From assembly GCA_965202585.1 (NCBI GenBank), contig OZ241828.1, positions 42,842,001 through 42,906,000 on the forward strand: a stretch of DNA of 64,000 nt. The letters are read 5' to 3'. The translations under genes were made by a program, and so were the position numbers. Numbering within the stretch: the stretch's first letter is position 1; each line of letters opens with the position of its first letter. Origin of the DNA: Thalia democratica. Lineage: Eukaryota. This document shows, one piece after another, positions 15,001-30,000 of this stretch. The notes beneath the pieces were generated by a model. It had not been told where the DNA came from. It made no database searches and saw only the letters and a program-made list of their open reading frames with translations.

Positions 15001-18000
15001 GATATTTTTATAATTTTTTAGGGCAATCAAGCTTGATTGATAGTTATATTTTTCAGCTATTGACTCTTACTACTGTATTTAGTCAGTTTTTTCGTAAACT
15101 CGGACTAGTCATATGTGTCCCAGGCTAGATTTAGTCACTCAGGCTTGCTTTTTTCTTTAAAGTAGTGTTTTTAACAACTAAAAAAAATAACTAGAACTTT
15201 TACTTAAAAGTTATCACCGTATCCAGATCTTATTTTAGGATTCGGATCTGGTCTTATCGGAAACTTTTTTAAAACTAGTAACCTGTCGGATCAAAATCCA
15301 GATTTTACTTATATTAAGGATCTGGATCCTTTAAATTTCAAAACTCCCGTAAATACGCTTTTGCTCTTGATCATAAACTTCAGAATGTCTAGTTTAAGTT
15401 TCAGATTTTTCTTAAAATCTAGTGTAATTAAAAAAAATCTATAACATCTAGTGTTAGTTTCAAAACTACCTTAATAATTTTTTACTTTAAAGCACTTGGT
15501 GAAGACCACTGATATAGAATTTGTTAAGCAGTATAATAATAACTGAAGGAGCTGAAACGAGTTAAGAAAATTAAGTATCTACCGGGTCTATAACAATAGG
15601 GATCCAGTAGATAACTAAATTTAAGTACTTAAGTAGCCTAAGTTTTTCATTCCAAAAAACAGTAAAACTGATATAGCTAAAGTTGTTTTTATCACAGTTG
15701 ATGTAAGTTCAAACCCGGCTATGATATCACCAGATGATGATTTTTCAAAGAAAATGGACAGCAAAATTAACAAATACTTTGGTGATTTGTATAATCTAAG
15801 TCCTAAGGATTCACAAAGCGGTATAAATCAAGTAAGTAACAAAAAATCATAAATTTCAAACTTTACTAGTTTTTTCAATCTTAAGATAAATAGTGTAAAG
15901 TTTAATTAAATTTTTTCAGCTGTCAATGATTTCAGCCCTCTATAAAATATAAATTAATTTTCCAAGAAGTTAGTTTTTTTATTCTAAGTATAAGATAGTT
16001 CTTATTTTTATTTATAAGAAAAAACTTTTTAATATTTAGTTGTCTTAATAGTATAATATGACAAAATAAAGCTTGTTAACATCTATAAAAAATCGGTTGA
16101 AAAGTCGAAATTTTTTTTTTGAACATATGTGCTAATAGTTTGCTATATTAGATCTTAACGAAGCAAGTTTTTTGTAGTATACAATAATAACAAAAATTTG
16201 CACAGTACTTACAACAAATGACGCACGTTTCTCTGTGTTATTATTATATTTAAACATATTTTTTACCTCAAAAATTTCCCTGTCCATGCTAAAAGATACC
16301 ATATATACACTACTTTTAACAAGGCACATTTCATTCTGACTTAAAATTAGGCCTACTCAACCTAATTTGCCGTCATTAAGGCTACTTATGTTGCCTCTAA
16401 GTAAGACAGACCTTAAAATATTTTTAAAACTTAAATACTATTGATTTTAAACTTTGTATGCGATTAAAATGTTGCTTAAACCATTTATTAATAAAGGTTT
16501 AAGTAATGTAGTTGTTTTTATAAAAATGTTTGTTTATTTGCAGATGCTGGTAACATTAGAGCATTTAAAGAACGGAGACTATATTGGCAGTAAAACTTTT
16601 GAATGCTTTATGAATCATCTTTTTAAAGAATACAACTTTTTAGATAAAGTTAGTTCTAAAGTTTTAAATTTAGAACTTCTGTTTTAACCATTTTGCTTAA
16701 CTGTGTTTTTTCTAAGTTTTCATTGGTATTAATTCTAATTAGCTCAATGTTAATTACTATTTCAATAATTTAACTCAAGCATCAAATGTAAATTATTAAT
16801 GTTTACAGTATCCAGAAAAAGAGTTACATATAACTGCAAAACTTTTTGGTGGAATCATAGCTCGAGATCTCGTCGGCACTATTCGTATGTTTGAAATTAA
16901 TATAGAGTAAAGTAAACTGTATTCTTTCTTATGTTGAAAACTAATATTCTACTTCCACTAATTTATAAAATGAATATATATGATGAAAATTAAATTTCAC
17001 TGAGCCCTATTTGAAAGGGAACATCAATAGTAAGTTTTTTTCAAAATACGAAATTTAAAAATGCTACATATGTTTCATGCAACGCAGTCTTCAGCCGTTT
17101 GATTTAAAATTTACATACAAACAAACAAATTTTACCGCAATACGTTTTATAAACATTTTTGTTTTGTGTAATTTGTATGTTTGAATGTAAATTGTAACTC
17201 AAATAGCTGAATGTTGCTTCGTATGAAATATATGTACAGGGTTGCCACTTTACCTGGAAACCTGGAAAAACCTTAAAAACCTGGAATTTGAGAAATTTTG
17301 AAAAAAACCTGGAAAAACCTGGAATTTTTAATAATTTTAACATTTTCAGTAGTAAAGTTTCGATTTGACACAAAATATCTATCGTATGTTTAAGGTTTTT
17401 TTGTAATCATCAAAATTTTTTTTTATTAAAAAACACATTTAAAGTAACTTTACATGATCTTTTCAATGTTTTTATACTATTTAACATAGTTTCTTATGTA
17501 TAAATTAACTTGAAACTTCAAATAGACCCAAAAATTTCTACTTTTGAAAAACCTGGAAGAAATTTGGAAAATCTGGAAAAAATTTTGAAAAAACGAGTGG
17601 CAACCCTGTATGTAGTATGTACCATTTTAAAATTGCGCATTTTGAAATTAACTTACTCATTAAATGGCCTTAATTAAGTAACACTTTCAAAACTAAATTA
17701 AACTATAAGTAATATTAAACTTATTGATTAAAGTTAAGTATGCTTGAGAAATTTAAAATGTTTAAAACAAAAAAATAGCAATAGGACTTGCCATGAGATA
17801 CGTCTTAGAAGCTTTAAGAAAACCATCAACAAGTAAACTCTTCAAGTTTGGTATAGTAGCTCTAGAAAGTTTCAAACACAAGCTTATTGAACTACCAGAC
17901 TATACTCGTTATCTAGCAAGTATCCCAAGTTATGAAATGTTTCCTGATTCTATTAAACAGGTTTTTATTATTTCTATGTAATTTTTTTGTTTTTTGTTTA

Positions 18001-21000
18001 AATTATCTTATGTAATTTTAATTTTAATCGCACTTAAAAAAGAGTAGTTGTAAGTTTGATGAGATATAAAACAAACATTTATTCTAAAATGCTAACAAAT
18101 GGTATAGTAAGTGATTTAGTTTGATAATATCTTATAGAGTAACTAAAGGAGTTTTTAAGTAATGATGTTGCTTAAAGTCCCTATGAAAACAAACAATAAC
18201 TAGTTCTAGAAAAAGTTTATTATAGTAGTTAGTTTTTTTTTCTAACTTAGCTCTTAACTATTTTAAGTTTTGTAATTTTGATAAATATCATCTCCAATAT
18301 ATGATTTTAGGCTACCACTAATGTTTTAAGAGCTGTTATCCATTATTTTACGGTTTGAGAAAGGTTAAATACTAAACGTATGATGTACTACTTTTTATGT
18401 GTTTTAAACCTGCTTTTATAAAGTTTTCATAATACATGACACAGTAAACTTAAATCGTAATTAAATGGAAATATCAAATGAAATTTAGTATAAAATCAGT
18501 TATGTTAAATTTAATTGCAAAAATTTATTTAATGTAGCTCAAGATTATATAAATTGAAGCTTAAGAACTCAAAAATCATTTTCTTAATGTGTTAGCATTA
18601 TCTGTTTGCTCGCCGAGAAACTTAAAAAAAAAGTTTTTTTTACTGTAGCAAACTCTATAAAGCCTAGCGCGGCTTGAAAGTGGTAGTTTGAAGGTTCTTA
18701 AATATAGGTAAAAAATTCAGTGCAGCAGTTAAAGATCGCTGAGCAAGTGCGCGTTTTAAATAAGTTACTCTACGTTTAAGCAGGTGTATTTTTTTAGTAG
18801 GCACTTGAAGATTTTTTCTGTGAACAAATCTTCACTTGTTAGAATCGTGTATTTGTTGGCTTAATGTCAAACAAAATTTTTGAAAAAGTTTACAACAACG
18901 TTGGTTTTGTTTAGTTGTCAAAGCCGCCTAGATTGTTTTAAGTTTCTATACGCTTTTCAGCTTTCGTTCATTTAAAAAACTGCATTGCACTTCTATTGTA
19001 GATCAATTAAAGCGGACTTTAAGATGTTTCATACACTCAAAGTCCTAGTTTTGCTCCAATTTCAGTTAGAGCCGCTGAGAAAAGGAAACAAGTGTATTTT
19101 GTTTGCTTTTTAGCTTTTGATGTTTTGTTGTAAAGACTCTTTCTCAAGTAGAAACTCCTATTGTAAATTAATCAAAGCGGACTTTTAGAATTTTCAAAGC
19201 TTTAAGTCCTAGCTTTGCTCTAATTCCAATAAGAGTCACTGAGAAACAAAAGCAATTGGTAATAAATCTAGTTAAATGTGCTGTGCAAGAAAATCGTCGA
19301 GCTCTGACTTGCACGACTGTGAGCCGTTTATTCTATCACTTTATTTGTTATGTTGTAAAATAAATTTTGAGAGCTGAATAGCTAGTTTTTTGTGTCATCG
19401 GTTTAGCGTAGATAAGTAAACATAATATTCTTAGTACTAGTGTATCTTAAATTATTATATATTAGTATTCATTCAAGTCTTGATTATGAAAACTAAGTTT
19501 CAGTAAAAGACCTCGTCAGTGCTTAAATAAAAAATCTAAAAAGATAATAACAGTCATGTAAGATAGAAGTTAAACAATAATAAAAAACAAATGAAATTTT
19601 AATCATAAGGTTGAATTTATGGTAAAGTTTAAATTTTGTTAAGTTTCGATATCTAAAATAATAAGAACCTAGATGTAGGCTTCTTTATTTCTTTTAGTTA
19701 GTTTTCAAAACAAACATTATTAAAAAAAATGTAGTTATTAGTAGTAAAAGTGCTTAAAGTTAAAATACATTCTAATGTAGCTATCGAAAATTTAAAGAAT
19801 TATATGCTTATAATAACTATGAAGTTTTTAAATTTTGCTTGAATGTTTTTTAAAAACTTGAAGTTTCTAGAAAATATTATATACATAAAAAAACATGCAT
19901 AAAACCAATATTACGGATAACTTAAGACTTGAGTTTTGAAGTGAGTTTTTTTTGAAGTGGGGGCAGAAATAGAAGAGTTCGTATCGTTTATATAAGTTAT
20001 CCCTTCTGTCCGCTTTGGTAATCGCGACTTTTTCTAGCATGCAAGTACTGCAAATACTTAGTTGGTTTTTGCTTTGCCAATATGGTGGATTATTTCCTAG
20101 TCTGTTTTATAATCAATGTTGTTAATTTTAAGTTTCTAGATGTATTTCAATATTTCTGTGCCGTTTAAAATCAAAACCATCAATAGTTTTTATTAAGAAA
20201 AGATTTAAAGTTAGATATGAGTTTATATACTGTTTAATGCTGCAAACAAAAATTTTTCAAATTATTTTAATTTATTTTATATAAACAGTGGTCATAAAAA
20301 ATAAAACTTAAGACTCTACTGTCTTAAATTAGTAAATGATAACAACTGTTTAAAACAAATTTTTAAATAATCAAATTTATGTTTCAGCAAATACAAGCTA
20401 TTAAACTGAAGGTAGAGACTTCTTCTGCAGATAAGAATGCAAGTCCAAATATTCCGAATGATAAAAGTCCAAATATTTTCAAGGGAAATGTTTTGACACA
20501 ACGTAAAACCAAAGAAGTAGAGCAACAAGTGAGCATAAAATTAAATTCGCACTACTTTTTTTTTGTGTTATAAAAAGTAAGAGCAGGGTTGCCAAAAAGC
20601 CTGGAATTCTAGAAAAACCTAATTTGACAACTTAGGCAAAAGAAAATCTTGAAAGACCTAGAACTTAAGATATTTTGGACAAAAGTCACAAAAAAGCTGG
20701 ACAAACTTTGCATTTTAAACAAGTTCTATATGTAAAATGATGAAAATTTTAAAAGAAACGAAAAGTTTATAACATCCAATTATTTTTTGTATTTTATAAC
20801 TTTTTATTTATTATGAAACAAAATTAAAGTAGCATTACAGTATCTTTTCAGTAATTTTTTTTTAGTATTTCAGACCTTTTTTGTACTTAAAATATGAATT
20901 TGTACTAAAGACGAATTAATAATTTAAGCTTTTAAAACCTGGAAAAAGTTTTCAAAAAGCCTTTGGCAACCCTGTAATAGTTTCAAACAGTGTTTTATAG

Positions 21001-24000
21001 AACTGTTTTTCACCTTATAAATTTACTATTTAATTTGTTCAAGGTAAAACGAAGTTCCTTTTGAAACTAGTAAGTTTGAAATAATAAATAAAGTTAAATT
21101 TAAGAAAACAAACCTACTTTTTTCGATCATTGAAGTTAACTAGAATATACAACTATCGTTATACTTAAGAGCATTTCTAAGATTAATTTTTGTTTATTGT
21201 AATAATTATTTTAAAATCTTAATTTTTTTTAAAAATTTTGAATCACATTGCAATGAATTATTAACTTTAATTAACTAAGAAAATACTTCTCTAAAAGTTA
21301 ACAAAATAATTCTCCTGATTTTAGCAACCTCTTAAAGATTAAAGAAATAACTTAAAAAATAGGCTATTGAATAAAAACAATTTTAATTTGAAAATATATT
21401 GTTATTATGATACTAGTTTAACATTAAATACATACATTTAAATTACTCAATTTAATTTTCAATTTTCACACACATTTTTGAAGTTTCGAAATTTTCATAT
21501 AAAGTGAAAATGATTGTAAAGTTATTTACTGGGCAATCAGTTTAAAAAGTAAGTTTAAGGTAGTATTACGAATAAATTTAATATTTAAACAGAAAATGTT
21601 TTAACTTTGATGTAATGAATAAATTTAAAATTAAGATATGCTAATTAGTAAATTGTTAATGACTTAGCTTTACCATTTGATGTTGTTGAGTGTTTAACTT
21701 AAGCTTTTGTTCTTCGATTCATATCGAACCTAGACTGTTGACTCTTCTTACACCGTTTAAAAAGGTTGAAAGGTATCAGAGTTTTGACAATGTGTGCAAT
21801 CAAATAGGTGATCGAATATTGTGCTGTATTTGTCTATTCCACAGTGGTCTGCAATCTGCCGCAAAACTTGTATCGATGTCTTTCCTGTAAGAGATGCTAT
21901 GATCTACAGAGCAAGTGTATTTATAAGTAACATAGTTGTCAAATATTTCCAAACGTTGCTTTGTTGCTGAAGTTAGATGATATACTTTTTTGGAATCGTA
22001 ATGAACTTTTACCCACGTAAACTGTTGCCGATTTTATAAGTTCGAGGAATTTCTTGATTTTAGACTCTAAAAGATTTTGTTGATATAAGTAGATTTTAAA
22101 GTAATAAGATTTTAGTTTTTGATAGTTTTTCTTGAGAGGCGATTAAACTAGAGCATGTATTTAGCGCTCTGTATAAATAAAAGTTAATCAAATTAAATTT
22201 CCAAGATTTTAGTAAGACGCTAGTGTGTTGCATTATTAGGCTAGATTCTGTTAGTTTTCTGTAAACTTTTGTGTGAATTTGGTTTGATAGCTGTTTTACT
22301 TTAATGTCTAGAAATGGTAGTTTGCCGTCAACAAATCTTTCTAGAGTGAATTCTAAGTTTAAGTGTAGTGTAATCATCTAATGATAGAAGTTGTTTAAAT
22401 CAGTGTTGTTTTCCATGGGTACAAACATATCTTCATATCTTGTGTTAAATAAAAGACTTGTTTTAAAATTAGTTTGTAATTATTAGTTTTCCATTGGTGA
22501 TACAATCTATTTGGTTAGAATTTGGGGTAATGGGCTGTCCATAACAACACCGTCTATTTACTTGTATATTTTTTCCGTAAAGAAATACTTTTCGGGAGAA
22601 TAACTGTAAAAATTTTCATAAAGTAATTTTTTAGTAATTTTGGTTTCTTATAATTTAAATGATATGGATTAGTGTCGTAAATTTTTGTTGATATGTCTTC
22701 GATCGCTTATTTTAGTGAAACTTAAGTATAAAGGTTATTAATGTCTAAATTAATAAAATCCTTTGAATGTTTGATATTTAAACAGTATACAAAAGACACT
22801 CAGTGCAAAAATCCAGATATGTTTCGCGCTATTTTGATCAGTTGACACATAGCAATAAATAAAAGATAAATTTAATCTATTTAGTAACAGTAGTAATCAT
22901 CATAAACAAATATTAATTACATACAAAGTCAATTACACAAGACTAATCAAAATATTAGTTACTGGAATTAATTAAATACTACATATAAACACCAATGAAT
23001 GTTTTATGTCAAAGTTGATTGTTATTATGTAGTTTTTAGTAAATATAATTGATAGAAAAAAAATACAATTTTAAATTTTTATCCGGGGTCCAAGTTTGCT
23101 TTTTCATTGTGGTAATCAATTAACCTTTGAACTCTTTCGAAGTTAGTTACTTATATTTTTACCCACACTAGTCATTACAACTGTTATTACCAAAAGTTAT
23201 TAACACTTAGACAAAATTTTATTTTTGAAAAAATATCCATATCCCAACAAAATTATTCAATAGCTGGTTTGGTTTTAAAAACTAAATTTTGATCAACACA
23301 AAAACAGCATGAACATGTTTGTAACTACAGGGATGAACCTAAGAAATATAAAAAAATGCCTAAAATTACATAAATTTATTAGGATACATTTTTCACCAAT
23401 TTCAAAGTAAAAGTAAATATCGAATATGTATGTACCACGCTTAAAAATAGTATATAGTCACAAGCAAAACTTTGAAAGTAGACAACAATCATAATGAACA
23501 AAACTAACTACCCATGGAACCTTAATATTTCGAAGTATTTACAATAACTAGAGGAAATAATGAAAGTACATATAAACCTTGCAAATTAAAAACATATGAG
23601 TTCGAACGTTATTATACGGTCCTTTATTATTAAAAAAATTTTTAATACAAATTCAAATTCATGTACTGACCTTATATAATATTTTAACTTAATTTTAGAA
23701 ATTTTCTGACAGTTAAAATCATCAGCAACATTTCTAATGATCGTTTAAACCAGAGGTCGACAAATTTTGACCGCCAAAAAAAATGGCTTGCCACGTGCTT
23801 TTAGTCAAAAAACAACTAATTCATGAGAAGAAATACTATTAAGCTTTTTCGAATACAAGTTTCCAATTATTTTTTTTTGCTTGTCGGTGAACTGTGCTGA
23901 CTACTTGATGTTCATTAAAGATTCATTGTTATATGTTTTGTTTGAAAGTAAAACTTTTGAATAATGTTGAAGTCCGTGAAAAGCTACCATCTTTTATTGT

Positions 24001-27000
24001 GGCCGTAGAAAACTTTTTTCAGTAAATCTTATCTTGCCTTTCCCACCTAAAGACTTGTCAACCCTGGTTTAAACAATAAATAATGCTGTCATCTCTTCGA
24101 TATATTTAGTAAACTAGGGTTTAAGAAAAAGAGTTAATGAAGGTGTCAAACTACCAGTTCGTTTTTATTAATTAATTAAGTTTCACTCATTAAACTCTAC
24201 CTAGCAGTTCATAAACAAACCGTTTGAAAATTTTACTTGACACCTAAAATATATACTTTTAGAGTATGTAGCATTTTTTCTAAATAAAATGTGCTCTATC
24301 CTTTTTTATTTAACTGTTTATTAAAAAATATATTAAAAAATGTGATATTAAAAAATTAAAGTTAGTTTTATGTATGACAAATTGGAGTATTTTATCCACA
24401 GTCTTTGATTATGTAAAAAGCTTTAATAATTTTTGTTTTGCTAGTTTATTAACTAACAGTTTTAATGTATTGTTTATGAAGGAGGGGTCAAATAGTTTTT
24501 TTTTAGAAAAGTTGAAATGCACTCTTAAATAAAAAATTAAAGTAAAAAAAATCAAGTTGTGTTTATACAAAAATCACTTGAGTTTTAAAATAGAGGTAAT
24601 TTTGTAAAAAAACACTTATAATACTAAATGCTGCAAACTCTTCCTTCAAATTTCTTGAAAACATATAAATTCACTAAAGTATTATTTTATATTGGAGCTT
24701 GAAATTTTTATTTTTCAGGCTTTATTACTGTAATAGTGCATACGTTTGATTTGAAAATATTTGATTTCCCTATCAAAGCTTTGAGACTTAATTTTTTTTT
24801 TTGAGTATCAACATTATAAGAAACGAAAAAGTAAACAAGAAACTGTATAATTTTTAAAAGTGTTGGCTTAAAATTTTATGCGAAGTTTTTGAACGAAATA
24901 GTTAAATTTGTGTTTTTTAATATGCAACTTTTTTTATAGAATCTTTTGAACTCACCAACTTTAATTCCTTACATCTCAATATTACTTCCGAATTTTATTA
25001 AGTTGTATAAGATTTTTGGTACTGAGATAAAGATTGAAAAAATAAAACCAACCTGTTAACAAGTAAGACCCCGATACATTGAGAAAATACTACAATGAAC
25101 ATGTGCTCTTAACTCAACAGATTCTATACACAAAACTTGAAAAAGAAAATGTACAAATTGAAAAAAATAATTTGCTTAACAGTTGATAATATATATTTAT
25201 TTCTGTTAGTTTAGTAAAAATATTAAGTTTAGGTGATATAACATCAAAATATATTTTATTAAATATGATTAAAAAAATCGAAAACACGAGCAAATTGAGC
25301 TAAAATTTTTAGTGAATATCCGTTGAATTAAAAAAATTTTAGAACATTAGTAAAATTTTAATTTACTAATTAAGTTTTTGTATGTTTTTGTGGTCTGTAA
25401 CAAAATATTCATTATTAAGTTTCAATTAGTTTGAATAATTCCTTGATAAACCAAATGTGAATAAAGTTATTAATATACCCAGACTTTCATACAAAATCAA
25501 TGATTACTTAAAGTTGGTGATATCGCCCTCTTAGTTTGAGAACTACTTTTTTAAAATTCTAAATTTAGTTATTTAAAAGGACTGCACTTCTTAACTTAAA
25601 CAAGTAATAGTGTTTATTCTAATTTGTGAAATCGAATGCACATTTTAAATAAGTAAGTCTATTCTTGAACATATTTAAAAATAGAATCAAACTTTTCACA
25701 TATAATTTTAATGACAGACTGTAATTGCGGTAAAGCATATGTAAATGTTGATATGTACTTATGATAATGTGTGTTAATTTGAACTGAGTTTCTTAAATAC
25801 ATGATCTGTTTTGTTTATTGCTCACTTAAGTTATACATATTTCGTTTTATATGTTTATGTATTAATTTTATCTCATATAGTCTAATTAATAATCCATAGG
25901 CCTCCCCCTACAAACTATTTATTTATGTTTATTAATTTTGTACAATTATGTTTCGTTTTATAAATAATGATTCTAGAAAATTGTACTTATGTTGTAAGTA
26001 TTTATTCTAATATGTATTTACTTTGAAATGAATCAATAATTTTTCTGTTTAATAAGTGATTGCTTTTGATTTTAAATTGTTAAATATGATTTAACATCAT
26101 TTCATTTTTTCTTTTTCTTCTTGTGTGTCTTGTTTAAGTGTCTCTAGATTTTGATACCTGAGTTCAACATTGCACAATAAAATAATAATTTATATTTCTG
26201 TTTTAATTTACATATATAAGCCTGATTTGTATATTTTCGATGGAAACTAAATAAAAACTAATTTTTAAATAAAAACATATGAAAATTAAGAATTAAACGC
26301 TTAAAATTGTTATAGAAACGCAAAATGATTAGTTTTCTAAAACTATATTTATCTTATAGTTTTCTCGATGGAAAATTAAATAGTTATATATTTTTACTTT
26401 TGAAACCGTAAAAGAATGTCTAAATTTATGCAAATAAAATAATATGTAACATATTATAAAACAAAGTTAAAGGTTTCAAGAATAATCTACAATACTTTAA
26501 CTGTTTTTAATTTTTATGATTATAAAAATATCTAAAATATTATAGCTTTATAGCTTAGTCAAAAAAAGATCTTTTTTTGTCTGGGTATACTTATTTTCTC
26601 TCGTTTGCTACGCTTTTCTCTTTCTTTATCCTAACATAGCTTCGTTTCGAATTACTTTTGTTAAAAATAGCTTAAAAATAAGAGAGTTTATAACTAAAGA
26701 AAAACGTTTCACATAAAAACATGGAAATAATGTTTTCATTAATATAGTTCTGCGTAGATGCAGTGCAAAAGCTAGTTACATACTAAATATGATAGTTGAA
26801 AAATAAGCTGTTGGCTTTCTTGCCCAGTTTTGTTTGTTTTGTAGAAATAAGGTAAAATTATAAACTCCTATTTTTAACTGACAAATTAAAGTTTATTCTA
26901 GAAAAAAAACTCAGGGTCAGAGTAGTAAATTAAAAGTAAATTAAATAAAGCTAGTTAAAATTTTATTAATCATAAGACAAAGTAGTTGAGGTTGTTAAAA

Positions 27001-30000
27001 AATTCTACAAAAGATATTAAAAATAAATATGTGCAATAAAGCTTTTTAGTTTTTTGAAACTTATTTACTTCAGGCATAAATTAATACAACTTTTATTTTA
27101 TTTATTGTAGCTGATAGTTTCTTAGATTGCAATTTGTTTACTTATTGATCTGCATATATAGCATTGCAAACACATTTTTGTGAAGGTTAGTTGTTATTAA
27201 ATAGTAAATAAGACAGTTTGAGTAAGAAACTTGTTAGTGTTTAATTTTTTGAGATAAGTAACTTATAACTAAATTTAAGTTTGTTGGATTTAGATAAACT
27301 TGAACCAGTTTATTAAGAAACTTTATAAAGTTTTATTAGATTATGATTAATTTATAAATTATAGTTTTCACTCTAAAAGTATATTTAATAAGTAAATACT
27401 GTCAAAAAATCAATTATTTTTCAAATGCATTAATTATTTAATTTTTGGTTAAGAGTTATATTCACATAAATAGTTATATATTCACAATATTCCTATTTTT
27501 CATAATTTAGAAAGTTTTTTTTTTTAAACTTTTTAAATTTTTGCAGCCCTAATGTCAACTTATTAAAGTAAATGTATATATATAAGTAATAGTTTTTTAG
27601 CATACAATTTTTTTAAATAAATTAAATATAGCATTAGTTCATTTCTAGCTAAAAGTAGTTTTTGTATATTTAACCTTGCATGTTAAACAAAAGTTTTATA
27701 AAGCGTTATGTTAACAAATAATAAGATTTGTAGAATTAAATATTATAAATTATTTTAAAAATAAAAAGTTAAGTCAATGTACTTTTTCAACTTAAATAGT
27801 TTTTATCTTTTATTAAAAAAGATTTAGCTTTTTTTTTTATCAAGACATAACACAAATAATCTTGATGTTACCAAGACAAAAAACTTAAAAAAAGGATACT
27901 ATTTGTTTTCAATGTAAGGAAATTAAAAATTGATATATTTCTTAACTTATTTATTATAAATTATGTTACACGTTGTAACACAAAAATGTATTATTTTATA
28001 AATTACGGTAAATTAGATAAATGAGTAATTGTAAGTAAACTAAACATAAATTTCAATGAAGCTATCCTAATTCTAAGTCTAACTTATGTTAGTTTTATAG
28101 AAATTAAAACATAGTAATTTTTGACAAACTGTGTTAGTTTATGTTTCCTTATATTTCCGATAAATTAGTAAGTAAATTAAAAGATTTTAATTATAATTGT
28201 TCTTTGTAATAATAAAAAAATTTAAAGTTTTTATTTATAAATAGTGTTATATTTCTTAACTCAACTAACAATAAAATATTTTGTAATAAAAATAAGAGAG
28301 CAAAAAATGGATTTATTCAACAAAGTTTTTGTTAAATAAAAACTTAAATAAAAGCAAACATTTTTTTGTTTTGTTAATACTTGAATTTGTATTTGTTTAC
28401 TAACTAACATCTATCATGTTTTAGGTTTATAGATAATTTTAATTTATATAGTGGTCAAAACTACTATATTGAATAAAGACAGACAGTACATAGAATAGTT
28501 TGAGGCACTTGAGTTTTTTCCATTTGGGATTTTCTCAGTCTATACATGCCTGCTGAATTACAAGACAAGCATGCTGAATTGGTAAATACTTATTGTGTTA
28601 AAAGGCAGAGCATAAACTTGGTTTTGTTTAAAAAAAATTGACACCATAAAAATTTGGGCCATATGTTAAAAGCACAGTTAGATTATTCGAAATTACATTC
28701 GATTAAAAGATCCGTAGTATATTTTACACTTAAGAAGAACCTGAAAAATACTGAGACATAAAACTGTCAGCATAAACTTGACTTTTTGATATACTGTTTT
28801 ATATAAAGATCTTTTTCAATAGTCAAGTTTGTGCTTTGCAGGTCAAATTATAAAAAACATAGTATTTTAATCATTGAAAAACATAATAAATCTAAGGAAG
28901 TTAAGTTACTAAAATAATTATAACATTTTAAAAATAAGATAAAGTATGTTGAATTATGTTGTTAAAATAGTTATATGTCAATAAATCTTTCCTGATTAAT
29001 TAATTTCATATTTTAACTGATACTATTTATCACTTTTTCCTACAATTTAAAAAAATAATTTTGTTTTGCATACCTTTTATTCGACTTGATTGATCACGTT
29101 TGATCTACAAGGTACCTGCAAATATTTTTCACAAATTTAAAAAGAATTTGAAAAAGCACCAAATGAACTATCTAAACCAGATTTTTTTTATCGAATCTCT
29201 TATTAGTTTTTTTGACTTGAGTTTTTTATTTATAAACATTTGGTGATTGAAATAAACTGATTTGTTTAAGTTTTAAAAACTTGCTACCCTCAAAAAAAGC
29301 ACAATAAGCATTGTAATGTGTTACAACAGAATCAAATACCAAGAATCAATGAAACATAAGTAATAATTTAAAGTGTTTTATTTGTGCCTGGTATAATAAA
29401 TAATAAAAACGTTACAGTATTAGATAAAAAGAAGAAAGGTAAAAATACCTTAAGAAAACATACACCTTTTTTTCAAGCTGGTTAAGATATATCATTATGT
29501 GTTTTTGAAAGTGACTTATAAATCCAAAAGAGACTTTGTTTTCTTCTCGTGTAATTCATTAGTTTTGTCTTTGCTTATAATTTTTGTTATTCATAAATAA
29601 TAAAGTTAAATTATATAATTGTTGAACGCTAAATTTAACTAAAAACACAGGAGGCACATGAGCCTACCATTCAGCCGTCTTTAAATAGAGTTCATGAGGA
29701 CAACATTGATACTTTACTGAATACCAGTGTTCAAGACCCAGAAAGACAAGACTTGCCCCAGCCTGAAGATGCTGTTCAAAAGCGCGTTGCATTTATTTTT
29801 AACAACCTGAGCCAAAACACTATGGTTCAAAAGGTTGTTTTTTTTTAAACAAACCTACTTGGTGATATTTCTCCTAAAAAATCGATATTTTAATTCAAAA
29901 ATTTAGACTAAACGAAAATAATGTATAGCTATCAATAATTACTGTTTATAATAGGCTGCTGAGCTGAAAACTATAGTAGAAAACAATCCGTTGTGGCTTG

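Noticed and set aside
25300-26190. Possible CR1/L2 3' remnant
   Set aside because: The resemblance is vague and there is no unambiguous motif.
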